DNA of 64,000 bases from assembly GCA_965250285.1 (NCBI GenBank), contig OZ252299.1, positions 3,392,001-3,456,000 of the forward strand, given 5' to 3'. Positions within the stretch are counted from its first letter, which is position 1. Every line of letters begins with the position of its first letter. Positions 20,880 to 30,008 of the stretch are shown here, one piece after another. Under the pieces are notes generated by a model, which was given only the letters and a program-made list of their open reading frames with translations, did not search any database and was not told where the DNA came from. Made by a program: the position numbers and the translations under genes. This stretch comes from Myxococcota bacterium (GTDB taxonomy: Bacteria; Myxococcota_A; UBA9160; UBA4427).

Positions 20880-22946
20880 ATGGATCGAGACCGGCCTATT
20901 CGACCGAGCGAGCCCGAGCGGCCGCCGACGGCTCCGGCCCGCGGCCGGATCCCGTATCAGCCCGCCCTCGATGGCCTGCGCGGCTACCTGCTGCTCTTCA
21001 TGCTCTGCTTCCACGCCGAGCTGCCCTTCGCCGTCGGCGGCTTCCTGCCGATCTCGTCGTTCTTCACGCTCTCGGGCTTCTTGATCACCAGCCTCTTTCT
21101 CGCCGAACGAGAGGCCCGCGGCCGCATCGACCTCGGCACGTTCTGGATCCGGCGCATGCGGCGGCTGATGCCCGCCGCACTGTTGACGCTCGCGGCGATG
21201 CCCGTCTTCGGCGCGCTCTTCGCAACGCAGGCGCAGCTCGATCGCCTCTCGAGCCAAGTGGTGGCGGCACTGTTCTACGTGGCGAACTGGCAGCTGCTCT
21301 TCTCGGGCGCCGACTACACGAATCTCTTCGCCGCGCCGTCGCCCGTCCACCACTTCTGGTCGCTCGCCATCGAAGAGCAGTTCTACGTGCTCTATCCGCT
21401 CTGGACCGTGGCGGCGCTCGGGGCGGGCGCTCGCTGGCGTGGCGCCGCGGGCGAGCGGCTCGTACTCGGGGCCACGCTCGTCGCCGGCATCGCCGGTTCG
21501 ATCGGCCTGTCGGTCTGGCTGACGCTCGGCGGCCATGGGCCCGACCGCGTGTACTACGGCTCGGATACGCGCGCCGCCGAGCTGCTGATGGGGGCCCTGG
21601 CCGGGGTCGTGCTGAGCCGGCTCGATCTTTCCGGCCGGCGCTCGATGGTCGTCGCGTGGATCGGCCTTGCGGCCCTCGCCTGCATGACGTGGACGTGGAC
21701 CTGGGTGCCGCTCTCGGCCCGCTGGCTCTACCTCGGCGGCTTCGGGCTCTACTCGATCCTGTCGGTCTGCGTGATCGCAGCGGCCGTGCAGTCCGCCGGT
21801 CCCGTGCGACGTCTGCTCTCGCAGCCGGCCCTCTGCTGGACCGGCCGCGTCTCGTACGGCGCGTACCTGTTCCACTGGCCGATCTTCCTCGTCCTCACCG
21901 AGGCGCGGACCGGGCTCGACACGGCGCCGCTCTTCGCGCTGCGCGTCGCGGCGACGTTCGGGCTCGCGGGCCTCGTCCATCGGGTGCTCGAGTCGCCGAT
22001 TCGGCGCGGGCACACGCTCGCGGGCCGCAGCGGTGCCGGCGCCGTCGTCGCGGCGGCGGCGCTCGTCCTCGTCGGCGCGCTCGTCTGGATCCCCGCCGAG
22101 CGCCGCGCGGGACACGCCGACGCAGCGAACGTCGATGTCGAGGCCCTCGACGCGTTCATCCTGGCGGCGCAGAACAGCGATGCATCGGTCTTCACCATCG
22201 ACCCGAACGCGCCGGCACCCGGGCGCGGCCGCGCCCGGCCCCGCATGTCGATCTTCGGCGACTCGAACGCTCTCTACCTGGGGCTGGCGCTCGGATACGT
22301 GCTCGATCACAAATGGGGCGCGGTGACGGCGACGCCCGGTCTGGCCGAGCCCGGATGCGGTGTGCTCGACGAGGGCCTCTTCCGGTGCCGGGGCGAGCCG
22401 CGCGAGCGCTTCCTCCGCTGCTCGGATCGCTCCGATTGGGGCGACGCGCGTGCCTACGGTCGCCCCGATCTCGTCGTCGTGTTCGTGGGGCCGTGGGACG
22501 TGTGCGATCGCCAGCTGCCCGGGCGCGAGGATTGGCTCGCGCCCGGCGACGCCGCGCTCGACCGCGCGCTCCGCGACAAGGTGACCGAGGCGGTCGATCT
22601 GCTCTCGGCCGACGGGGCGCTGGTCGTCTGGCTCACGCATCCCGAGATCGAAGCGCGGGGCCGCGGCGGCCGCCGGCCGACGACGCCCTACCCCGAGTCG
22701 GATCCCGCCCGGATGGCGCGCTTCAACGAGGTGATCTTCGAAGCCGCGGCGCTGCGCCCGGGTCGCATGGCCGTGGTCGACCTCGCAGCCTGGATGGCCG
22801 ACCGGCCCGAGGGCTCCCTCGACGACACCGAGCGTCCAGACGGCACGCACTTCTCGACCGCGGGCGCGCTGCGCGTCATCGACGCATGGCTGGGCGAGGC
22901 GATCCTCGAGGCCTATCGCAAAGCCGCCCCCCCGCCGCCCGGCTGA
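20880..22946 (+). CDS. Acyltransferase-3 fused to SGNH domain (OatA/OafA-like O-acyltransferase)
   Basis: LDGLRG, FFTLSGFLIT, HFWSLAIEEQFY, SYGAYLFHWP; SGNH motifs FGDS and DGTH. Confidence 0.9.
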   Translation: MDRDRPIRPSEPERPPTAPARGRIPYQPALDGLRGYLLLFMLCFHAELPFAVGGFLPISSFFTLSGFLITSLFLAEREARGRIDLGTFWIRRMRRLMPAALLTLAAMPVFGALFATQAQLDRLSSQVVAALFYVANWQLLFSGADYTNLFAAPSPVHHFWSLAIEEQFYVLYPLWTVAALGAGARWRGAAGERLVLGATLVAGIAGSIGLSVWLTLGGHGPDRVYYGSDTRAAELLMGALAGVVLSRLDLSGRRSMVVAWIGLAALACMTWTWTWVPLSARWLYLGGFGLYSILSVCVIAAAVQSAGPVRRLLSQPALCWTGRVSYGAYLFHWPIFLVLTEARTGLDTAPLFALRVAATFGLAGLVHRVLESPIRRGHTLAGRSGAGAVVAAAALVLVGALVWIPAERRAGHADAANVDVEALDAFILAAQNSDASVFTIDPNAPAPGRGRARPRMSIFGDSNALYLGLALGYVLDHKWGAVTATPGLAEPGCGVLDEGLFRCRGEPRERFLRCSDRSDWGDARAYGRPDLVVVFVGPWDVCDRQLPGREDWLAPGDAALDRALRDKVTEAVDLLSADGALVVWLTHPEIEARGRGGRRPTTPYPESDPARMARFNEVIFEAAALRPGRMAVVDLAAWMADRPEGSLDDTERPDGTHFSTAGALRVIDAWLGEAILEAYRKAAPPPPG

Positions 22947-22950
22947 GCCG

Positions 22951-24084
22951 CTAGGCGTCACCCGCGAGCAGGGCAGGCCGCGCCGGCGACAGCGCGGCGC
23001 GCTCGTCGGGGTCGACCGGCGCGCGCATCAAGAGCGCCGCCGCGAGTCGCCCCGCCTCAGCGCCGCAGACCATGCCGGCGCCCGCGAGCCCGGCGACCCA
23101 GTGAAGCCCGTCGACGTCGCCATCGGCACCGATCACGAATCGACCGTCGGCCGTCAGCGTGCGCAGACCGCACCAGAAGTGTCCGGCCGCCCCATGCAAG
23201 AGCTCGGGCATGAAGCGCGCGGCCTTTCGCGCGATGAGCTCGCGCACGGCGTCGTCGCGACGCAGGCCATCGGGCTCGGCGTCGGTCAGGTCACACGCGC
23301 AGAGCAGCATGCCTCCGCTTTCGGGGCGTGCATAGAAGGCGTCGTCGCCGAGCTGCCAGACAACGGGCCAGTCTGGATCGATCCCCGCCGCCGGGCGAGT
23401 CACCATCAGGTGGCGTCGGGTCGGACGGAGCCGCACCCGCGAGCCCGCGCGGGCGCCGAGTTCGGCGGCCCATCCGCCGCTCGCGATCACCACGCGCGGC
23501 GCGTCGATGCGGGCGCCGGTCTCGAGGCGCACGCCTCGGACACCACCGCGCTCGACCGCGATCTCGGCGACGGGTGCGCTCTTCACGATCTCGACGCCGC
23601 GTGCCCGGGCGCCCCGCGCGAAGCCGAGCGTCAAGGCCGCGATGTCGATCTCGCCGTCGTCCGGCAGAAACACGGCGCCGGCGCCCTGGGGCTGGATCCA
23701 TGGGTGACGTGCCGCGATGCCATCCCGATCCAACCACTCGAAGCGCAGCCCCTCGCCCACCGCCTCGGCCTGGCGCTCGAGTGCCCGCTCTTCGCCCTTG
23801 GCGGCGAGCAACAACAGGCCGCGCGGGCGCACGAGCGGCACGTCGGCAAAGTCGACCGGCGGCGCGCGCAGGAACCCGGCGCTGCGCAGCGCGATGCGGC
23901 TCGTGAGCACGTCTTCGTCGAGCGTGCGGAGGATCGCGGCGTTCAGCGCGCTCGACTCGGCCGCGAGCATCGCGTTGCGCTCGACGAGCACGACTCGACC
24001 CGCATCGCGGTGCGCCGCCAGGTGGTAGGCGGTCGCGAGGCCGGCGACGCCGCCCCCCACGATCACGATCTCGGCCGTCGACAT
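22951..24084 (-). CDS. FAD-dependent oxidoreductase (D-amino acid oxidase/sarcosine oxidase family)
   Basis: IVIVGGGVAGLATAYHL, VVIASGGW, GLRTLTADGRFVIG. Confidence 0.88.
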   Translation of the reverse strand: MSTAEIVIVGGGVAGLATAYHLAAHRDAGRVVLVERNAMLAAESSALNAAILRTLDEDVLTSRIALRSAGFLRAPPVDFADVPLVRPRGLLLLAAKGEERALERQAEAVGEGLRFEWLDRDGIAARHPWIQPQGAGAVFLPDDGEIDIAALTLGFARGARARGVEIVKSAPVAEIAVERGGVRGVRLETGARIDAPRVVIASGGWAAELGARAGSRVRLRPTRRHLMVTRPAAGIDPDWPVVWQLGDDAFYARPESGGMLLCACDLTDAEPDGLRRDDAVRELIARKAARFMPELLHGAAGHFWCGLRTLTADGRFVIGADGDVDGLHWVAGLAGAGMVCGAEAGRLAAALLMRAPVDPDERAALSPARPALLAGDA

Positions 24085-24174
24085 AGAGCGAGGGTACCAG
24101 AGCGCCCGCCGACCTGAAGTCGGAGCCCCGCGCGAGCGGCGCTCGGGCCGGCGCGCGCACGGGGCGCGGGGCCC

Positions 24175-24212
24175 AAAACAGACGGGGCGCATCCCGGTGA
24201 GGATGCGCCCCG
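24175..24212 (-). terminator. Intrinsic terminator after mreB
   Basis: Perfect 12-bp stem CGGGGCGCATCC/GGATGCGCCCCG (24183-24212) followed by UCUGUUUU on minus strand. Confidence 0.75.
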
Positions 24213-24238
24213 CGCGTCACTTCGAGTCGTTCGGGGTC

Positions 24239-25276
24239 TCAGCCGAGCGCCACCTCGCGCAGCAGCGAGATGTTGTCGAGGGCCTTGCCCGCGCCGTGCA
24301 CGACGGCCGTGTACGGATCTTCGCTGCGCAGGATCGGCAGCTTGGTCTCCTGGCGCAGCACCTGGTCGAGATCCTGCAGCAGGGATCCACCGCCCACGAG
24401 CATGATGCCGCGGTCGACGATGTCGGCGGCCAGCTCGGGCGGCGTCTTCTCGAGGGTGAGGTGCACGGTCTCGACGATCGCGTGGATCGGCTCGACGAGC
24501 GCCTCGCGAATCTCTTCACTGGTCGTCACGACGACCTTCGGGATGCCCGCGACGAGGTCACGGCCCTTGATCTCCATGGTCGACTGCTTCGTGTCGGGCG
24601 AAGCGGTGCCGATCGTCATCTTGACGCTCTCGGCGGTGCGCTCACCGATCAGCATGTTGTACTTGCGCTTCACGTAGTTGATGATCGCCTCGTCCATCTT
24701 GTCGCCGCCGATGCGAATCGATCGGCTGGTGACGATGCCCGAGAGCGAGATCACGGCGACGTCGGTGGTGCCGCCGCCGATGTCGACGACCATGTTGCCG
24801 GTCGCGGCCGTGACGTCGAGGCCCGCACCGATGGCCGCGGCCATGGGCTCCTCGATCAGGAACACCTCGCGTGCACCCGCCGACAGCGCCGACTCGCGAA
24901 CGGCGCGCTTTTCGACGCTGGTGATGCACGGGGGCACGCACACGACGATGCGCGGGCGCGCGAGCGTCCGACGGTTGTGTGCGCGGTGGATGAAGTAGCG
25001 GAGCATCGCCTCGGTGATCTCGAAGTCGGCGATGACGCCGTCCTTGATCGGGCGGATCGCATTGATCGAGCCCGGCGTGCGCCCGAGCATCTCCTTGGCC
25101 GCATGACCGACGGCGAGCACGCGCTGACCGCGTCCATCGGATTTGTCGGTGACGGCGACGACCGAGGGCTCGCTGCAGACGAGGCCCTTGCCCCGGCTGT
25201 AGACGAGGGTGTTCGCCGTCCCCAGATCGATGGCGAGATCGTGCGAGAACCATCCTGCGATGGAGTCGAGCAGCAT
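24239..25276 (-). CDS. mreB: Rod-shape actin homologue MreB
   Basis: LAIDLGTANT, RPIKDGVIADF, IEEPMAAAIGAG, VVDIGGGTT, TPPELAADI. Confidence 0.97.
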   Translation of the reverse strand: MLLDSIAGWFSHDLAIDLGTANTLVYSRGKGLVCSEPSVVAVTDKSDGRGQRVLAVGHAAKEMLGRTPGSINAIRPIKDGVIADFEITEAMLRYFIHRAHNRRTLARPRIVVCVPPCITSVEKRAVRESALSAGAREVFLIEEPMAAAIGAGLDVTAATGNMVVDIGGGTTDVAVISLSGIVTSRSIRIGGDKMDEAIINYVKRKYNMLIGERTAESVKMTIGTASPDTKQSTMEIKGRDLVAGIPKVVVTTSEEIREALVEPIHAIVETVHLTLEKTPPELAADIVDRGIMLVGGGSLLQDLDQVLRQETKLPILRSEDPYTAVVHGAGKALDNISLLREVALG

Positions 25277-25571
25277 CGGCGTGTCCTTCCAGGCAGTCGG
25301 ATCGCTCGGGGGGGCGTCGAGACCTGAAGGACTGATCGGCAACAGCGCGCAGCAGTTGAGGCAAAACTGCGGCGCTGCAGTTGAAACGGACGGGCCGGGT
25401 GATCCGGGACACGCAGTGGGCGGCTCGTGCGCGCGAACGCGCGCATGCGGGGCATTCACCCCCCCAACCGCGACACGATCGGGCAGCGTTTCGCCACTCG
25501 GCTTCAGATGGATCGCCGTGCGCCCTGCGAACCGGGCCGCACGCCCTGAGGTCGCCCGGAGGCTCAGTGCC

Positions 25572-26222
25572 TCAGAAGTCGACGACCCTCGGCTCGGTCG
25601 CTTCGGCCTCGGGCTCGGCCGCGGCGGGCGCCTCGGAGGCGCCGCCGTCCCGTACCTGGGATTCGAGACCGCCGGCCGCGGCCGCCGGCGAGCCCGGCTC
25701 GGCGTGGGCGAGATCGCTGACCGCCTGGGCACGGCTCGCGAGATCGTCGACCGCGCTGCGCACGGTCGCGAGATGGGTGCGGTGCGCGTCGAGCTCGGCG
25801 CCGACGGCCGCGAGCTCGGCTTCGAGCGACTCGATCTGCGCGGTGAGCTGATCGGCCCGCTGCCCCTGCCACAGCGCGAAGACGACGGTGATCGCCAGTG
25901 CGATGCCGAGCAGCAGCGGCAATCGGCTGCGCCGCGGCGGTGCTTCGGTGGGCGCCGGGGCCGGGTTCGGCGGCGGCGTCGAGGCGGAGGGCGCGGGCTT
26001 GGGCGTGGGCGCGGGCGTGGGCGTGGGCGTGGGAGAAGGCGAAGGCGCGGACGCCGACGAAGCGCCGGGCTCAGGGGACGGCGCCGCCTTGGGCGCCGGC
26101 TCGCTCTTCGGCGCGGCAGCGGCGGCGCCGGGGGCCTGGGTGCCCTCGGCGTCGCCGTCGACCACCTTCAGGTCGGGCTTCGCCTCGGGCTGGAGATCAG
26201 TGGAGTCGTTCGATGCGGACAC
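25572..26222 (-). CDS. Hypothetical single-pass membrane protein (Pro-rich N-terminus, TM, coiled coil)
   Basis: PAPT-rich region, LPLLLGIALAITVVFALW helix, then heptad-like QLTAQIESLEAELAAV. Confidence 0.65.
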   Translation of the reverse strand: MSASNDSTDLQPEAKPDLKVVDGDAEGTQAPGAAAAAPKSEPAPKAAPSPEPGASSASAPSPSPTPTPTPAPTPKPAPSASTPPPNPAPAPTEAPPRRSRLPLLLGIALAITVVFALWQGQRADQLTAQIESLEAELAAVGAELDAHRTHLATVRSAVDDLASRAQAVSDLAHAEPGSPAAAAGGLESQVRDGGASEAPAAAEPEAEATEPRVVDF

Positions 26223-26332
26223 GGCGCGGCCCTCCGGTGCGGTGACGCCGGCGGCGCGGAGCGAGTCGTTCGGACGAGTGAGCCGCTTTCGGCTCGGTCT
26301 GGCTGGGCTTGCGCTCGAGGGGCCGGCTCGGA

Positions 26333-27739
26333 TCAGCTCTGGATGACCAGCTTCGAGAGGCTCGTCTTGCGCAGGTTGGTCTTCTGAATCGTCCGCACGA
26401 GCTCCGCCACCTTCTCGGTGTCGGTCTCGAAGGGATTGTTGCAGATCACGCGGACGTTCAACAGGTTGCCGAGCCGGATGTTCGACCAGTCGAGGTCGTA
26501 CTGGATCGAGTTCTCGCGGGCCAGCTTGATGAACTCGCCCCGCATCCGGGCGCGCGTGTCGGGCGGCGGCTCGCTCTTCGCGGCATCGACCTCTTCATCG
26601 CTGAAGACGCGCTCGACCGCGCCCCGCCGCTCGAGCAGGTAGTAGAGGCTGCGGTCGCGCTGGATGTCGTGGTACTGCAGGTCGAGCATGAAGACCTTCG
26701 GATCGCTCCACGACGCGCCATGGCGATCGACGTAGCTCTCGATCAGCTTGCGCTTGATCACCCAGTCGACGTGCCGGTCGAGCTTGTTCGGATCGTCGTC
26801 GAGGCAATCGAGCACGTACTGCCACATGCCAACGGCCTGCTTGTGCTCGTCGTCGACCGGATACTGCTCGATGTACTTCTGCGCCATCTCGCAGTACTCG
26901 CGCTGGATCTCGATCGGGCTGTACTCGCGCCCGTTGTCGAGTCGCAGCTTGCGCTTGCAGGTGACGTCGTAGGTGATGTCCTTGATGGCCTTCACGGGGT
27001 TGCGCAGCGTGAAGTCCTTGTTGATGTAGTTGTCCTCGATCATCTGGAGGACGACCGAGCAGGCACCCACCTTCACGAAGTTGGTGTACTCGCTCATGTT
27101 CGAGTCGCCGACGATCACGTGTAGGCGTCGATACTTCTCGCGGTCGGCGTGGGGCTCGTCGCGGGTGTTGATGATCGAGCGATCGTTGGTCGTGGTGCCC
27201 GAGATCTTCTGATAGATGTGCTGGGCACGCTGGCTGACGCAGTAGTGCACGCCGTCCTGGGTCTGGAAGACCTTGCCCGCGCCCGTGTAGATCTGGCGCG
27301 TCACGAGGAACGGGATCAGCTGCTCGGCCAGGTAGTAGAAGTCGACGTCTCGGTCGACGAGATAGTTCTCGTGACAGCCGTAGCTGTTGCCCACGAAGTC
27401 GGTGTTGTTCTTGAAGATCGAGAGCTTCCCGGGGATGCGCTCCTCGGCGATCTTCTCTTCGGCGTAGTTCTGCAGATCCTCGAGGATCCGCTCACCCGCC
27501 TTGTCGTAGATGATGAGCTGCTTCGGCGAGATGCACTCGGGCGTCGCGTACTCGGGGTGGCACCCGGTGTCCTGGTAGAAGCGCGCGCCGTTCTCGAGGA
27601 AGACGTTGAGAAAGTGCTCGGTGGTGATCAGCTTCTCGAAGAGAAAGCGGATGGCCTTCTCGACCGGCAGGGTCTTCCGCCCTTCGGGCGTGAAGATGAT
27701 CCCGTACTCGGTCTCGATTCCGTAGATCCGCTTCTGCAT
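26333..27739 (-). CDS. pafA: Pup--protein ligase
   Basis: RIYGIETEYG, FLENGARFYQD, HPEYATPEC, SYGCHENY, INTRDEPHAD, RLHVIVGDSN, LDLQYHD; follows prcA. Confidence 0.93.
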   Translation of the reverse strand: MQKRIYGIETEYGIIFTPEGRKTLPVEKAIRFLFEKLITTEHFLNVFLENGARFYQDTGCHPEYATPECISPKQLIIYDKAGERILEDLQNYAEEKIAEERIPGKLSIFKNNTDFVGNSYGCHENYLVDRDVDFYYLAEQLIPFLVTRQIYTGAGKVFQTQDGVHYCVSQRAQHIYQKISGTTTNDRSIINTRDEPHADREKYRRLHVIVGDSNMSEYTNFVKVGACSVVLQMIEDNYINKDFTLRNPVKAIKDITYDVTCKRKLRLDNGREYSPIEIQREYCEMAQKYIEQYPVDDEHKQAVGMWQYVLDCLDDDPNKLDRHVDWVIKRKLIESYVDRHGASWSDPKVFMLDLQYHDIQRDRSLYYLLERRGAVERVFSDEEVDAAKSEPPPDTRARMRGEFIKLARENSIQYDLDWSNIRLGNLLNVRVICNNPFETDTEKVAELVRTIQKTNLRKTSLSKLVIQS

Positions 27740-27976
27740 CTTCCTCGACCTTCGCTCTTCTTCCTTCGCCCTTCGTCCGCGCGACCTTCCACTCACCACT
27801 CACTGGCCGACTGCGGGCCATCGTTCGACCGAGCGGCTCGGGCGCCGAGCGCCCCTCGAAACCGGTCGCGCGACCGGGTGCAGAGACCCTAGCGCTTCCG
27901 TTGCGAGGCCCGGCGCCCGTGGCGGCGGCCGCCCGGGAATCCGACGAATCTGGACGAAGCTGTCCAGGACACGCCG

Positions 27977-28675
27977 TCAGCCTCCGAGCAGACCACTGAC
28001 CTCATCGGCAGAAAGCCGTCGGAACTTGCGGCGCCCATCCTCGCGGTTGAGAACGCAAACTTCCATGTTCTCCGGAGCCAGCGGCCCGCCGCCATCCCGC
28101 CCCGCTTCGAGGGCGCGCCGCCCCAGGGTGAGCCCGGCCGCCAGATCCATCCCGGCCCGGAACTCGTCGCGGAGCACCTGCTCGACGCCATCGACGTTGC
28201 CGCCGATCACGCAGAAATCGCGGTGATCGCTGATGAAACCGTCGAAGCTGATGCGGTAGAGGGCGTTCTCCTTGTGGTCTTCGTAGCGGTCGTCCCCCAC
28301 CTCGGCCACGATGAGCTCGATCTCGAGCGGCTTCATCTGGTTGGTGAAGACTTCGCCGATCGCCTGGCTGTACGCGTTGGCGATCGCTTTGCCGCGCACG
28401 TCCTCTCGGCTGTAGGCGTAGCCCTTCGTGTCGGCGAAGCGCACGCCGAGCTTCCGCAGCTGATCGAACTCGCTGAACTTGCCGACGCCGGCGAACGCGA
28501 TGCGGTCGTAGAGCTCGCCGACCTTCTGCAGTGTCGTCGAGTTCTCGGCCATCATCAGCACGCCATCCGCACACTCGAGGACGGCGATCGACTTGCCACG
28601 CGAGATGCCCTTGCGCGCAAAGTTCGCCTTGTCCTCCATCACCTGTTCGGGTGAGACGTAGAACGGCATGCTCAT
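27977..28675 (-). CDS. prcA: 20S proteasome alpha subunit
   Basis: MSMPFYVSPEQVMEDKANFARKGISRG, ELYDRIAFAGVGKFSEF, GYAYSREDV. Confidence 0.96.
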   Translation of the reverse strand: MSMPFYVSPEQVMEDKANFARKGISRGKSIAVLECADGVLMMAENSTTLQKVGELYDRIAFAGVGKFSEFDQLRKLGVRFADTKGYAYSREDVRGKAIANAYSQAIGEVFTNQMKPLEIELIVAEVGDDRYEDHKENALYRISFDGFISDHRDFCVIGGNVDGVEQVLRDEFRAGMDLAAGLTLGRRALEAGRDGGGPLAPENMEVCVLNREDGRRKFRRLSADEVSGLLGG

Positions 28676-28773
28676 CGGGCTGTACCTCCGCCGATGCGTC
28701 GGCGCTGCGTTTCAGATGCGGCCAGCGAGGGCCCGCAAGAGAACGGCATGCTCATCGGGCTGTCCCTCCGCCG
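28660..28773. repeat. 34-bp direct repeat (80-bp period) duplicating the prcB stop/prcA start junction
   Basis: AGAACGGCATGCTCATCGGGCTGT(A/C)CCTCCGCCG at 28660-28693 and 28740-28773, one mismatch. Confidence 0.95.
28672..28755 (-). CDS. Putative 27-aa mini-ORF MSMPFSCGPSLAASETQRRRIGGGTAR
   Basis: Own translation; ATGA overlap with prcB stop and with prcA start; GGAGG before its ATG; expression unproven. Confidence 0.4.
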   Translation of the reverse strand: MSMPFSCGPSLAASETQRRRIGGGTAR

Positions 28774-29570
28774 GCGCGGCGCTCCATCAGCGCGCGATAC
28801 AGAGACTCGATCTCTGCTTCTTCGACATCGGTGAGGCCCGAGTCGTCGCAGGTCTTGATCACGGGGAAGATGCGGCGCTCGAGATCGACGCCGCCGGTGG
28901 CCCGATCTTCGTCGGCCGCCGCCGTCAGCGCGGCCACGCCGGCAGCGACGGCGTCTTCACGCGACATGTCGGTGCCCCAGTCGTGCTTGATCGACTCGCG
29001 GGCGTACAGACCACCCGAACCGGTTGCATCGAACTCGGCCTCTTCGTATCGGCCACCGGTGATGTCGAACTTCCAGAGACGACCGTGCTTGCGACGCTGA
29101 TCGAAGCCCGCGAACAGCGGCACCACCGCCAGGCCCTGCATTGCGGCCGGCAGGTTCTGGCGGATCATCTGGCTCAGCTTGTTGGCCTTGCCCTCGAGCT
29201 CGAGGGCCTCGCCCTCGATCTTCTCGTAGTGCTCGAGCTCGACCGAGAGGATGCGCGCCATCTCGATCGAAGGCCCCGCCGCACCCGAGATCGCCATGAG
29301 CGAGTGAGAGTCGGTGGCAAAGACCTTGACCACGTCACGCGAGGCCACGCTGTGACCGGCCGTGGCGAGTCGGTCGCCGCCCACGAGGACGCCGCCGGCG
29401 TAGCGCATGGCAATCACGGTGGTGCCATGCGGCACCTGAATCGCAGCACTCGCCTGCCAGGCAGACAGGTCGGGCAGCAGCTGCGGATGTTCGTGCTGGA
29501 GCAACTCGAAGAAGCTCGAGCCCTGATACGTGCCTGTCGCCGTGCTGAGTGACGTGGCTTTCGGAAGCAC
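28752..29570 (-). CDS. prcB: 20S proteasome beta subunit with propeptide
   Basis: SSFFELL propeptide, PHG|TTVIA autocleavage site with catalytic Thr, GDRLAT, LEHYEKIEG, ATGSG, DEDRATGG; GTG start estimated. Confidence 0.96.
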   Translation of the reverse strand: MLPKATSLSTATGTYQGSSFFELLQHEHPQLLPDLSAWQASAAIQVPHGTTVIAMRYAGGVLVGGDRLATAGHSVASRDVVKVFATDSHSLMAISGAAGPSIEMARILSVELEHYEKIEGEALELEGKANKLSQMIRQNLPAAMQGLAVVPLFAGFDQRRKHGRLWKFDITGGRYEEAEFDATGSGGLYARESIKHDWGTDMSREDAVAAGVAALTAAADEDRATGGVDLERRIFPVIKTCDDSGLTDVEEAEIESLYRALMERRAGGGTAR

Positions 29571-29681
29571 CGATCCCCCCAATCGATGACGCCGCCTCGC
29601 TTGTCTGTGGAGCCTCCCGCAGACCTCGCGGACGCGCCGATGTCTCGAACCAGATGGAGCCAAGGACTCGCCCGTGTCGGC

Positions 29682-29963
29682 CTACTCGCCGCCGCGCTGG
29701 ACGTAGTTCTTGACGAACTCCTCTGCGTTCTCTTCGAGCACGTTGTCGATCTCATCCAGGAGATCGTCCATCTCGCCCTTCAGCTCGTCGCCCTTCTTGG
29801 CGAGCTTCTGGCCGCCGTCGCCCTTCTCACCCGACTCTTCGTCGCTGCCGCCACCCTTGCTCTTCTGCTTCTGGCCGCCTTCATCGGCCGCCATGAAGAT
29901 GGTGGCGTCGCTCCGGGCCTCTCGGCGGGCGAGCTCATTCGCGTTTCTCACGATTCTTGCCAT
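29682..29963 (-). CDS. pup: Prokaryotic ubiquitin-like protein Pup
   Basis: C-terminus DDLLDEIDNVLEENAEEFVKNYVQRGGE; GGAGGTG RBS before ATG 29963; between dop and prcB. Confidence 0.96.
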   Translation of the reverse strand: MARIVRNANELARREARSDATIFMAADEGGQKQKSKGGGSDEESGEKGDGGQKLAKKGDELKGEMDDLLDEIDNVLEENAEEFVKNYVQRGGE

Positions 29964-30008
29964 GGTGTCACCTCCGGGGTTCCCAGTGCCGCCGAAGCAG
30001 CCGCCGAG

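Noticed and set aside
29682..29963. UBact rather than Pup
   Set aside because: The C-terminal LLDEIDxVLEENAEEFVxxYVQxGGE is the Pup signature, not the UBact-type ending.
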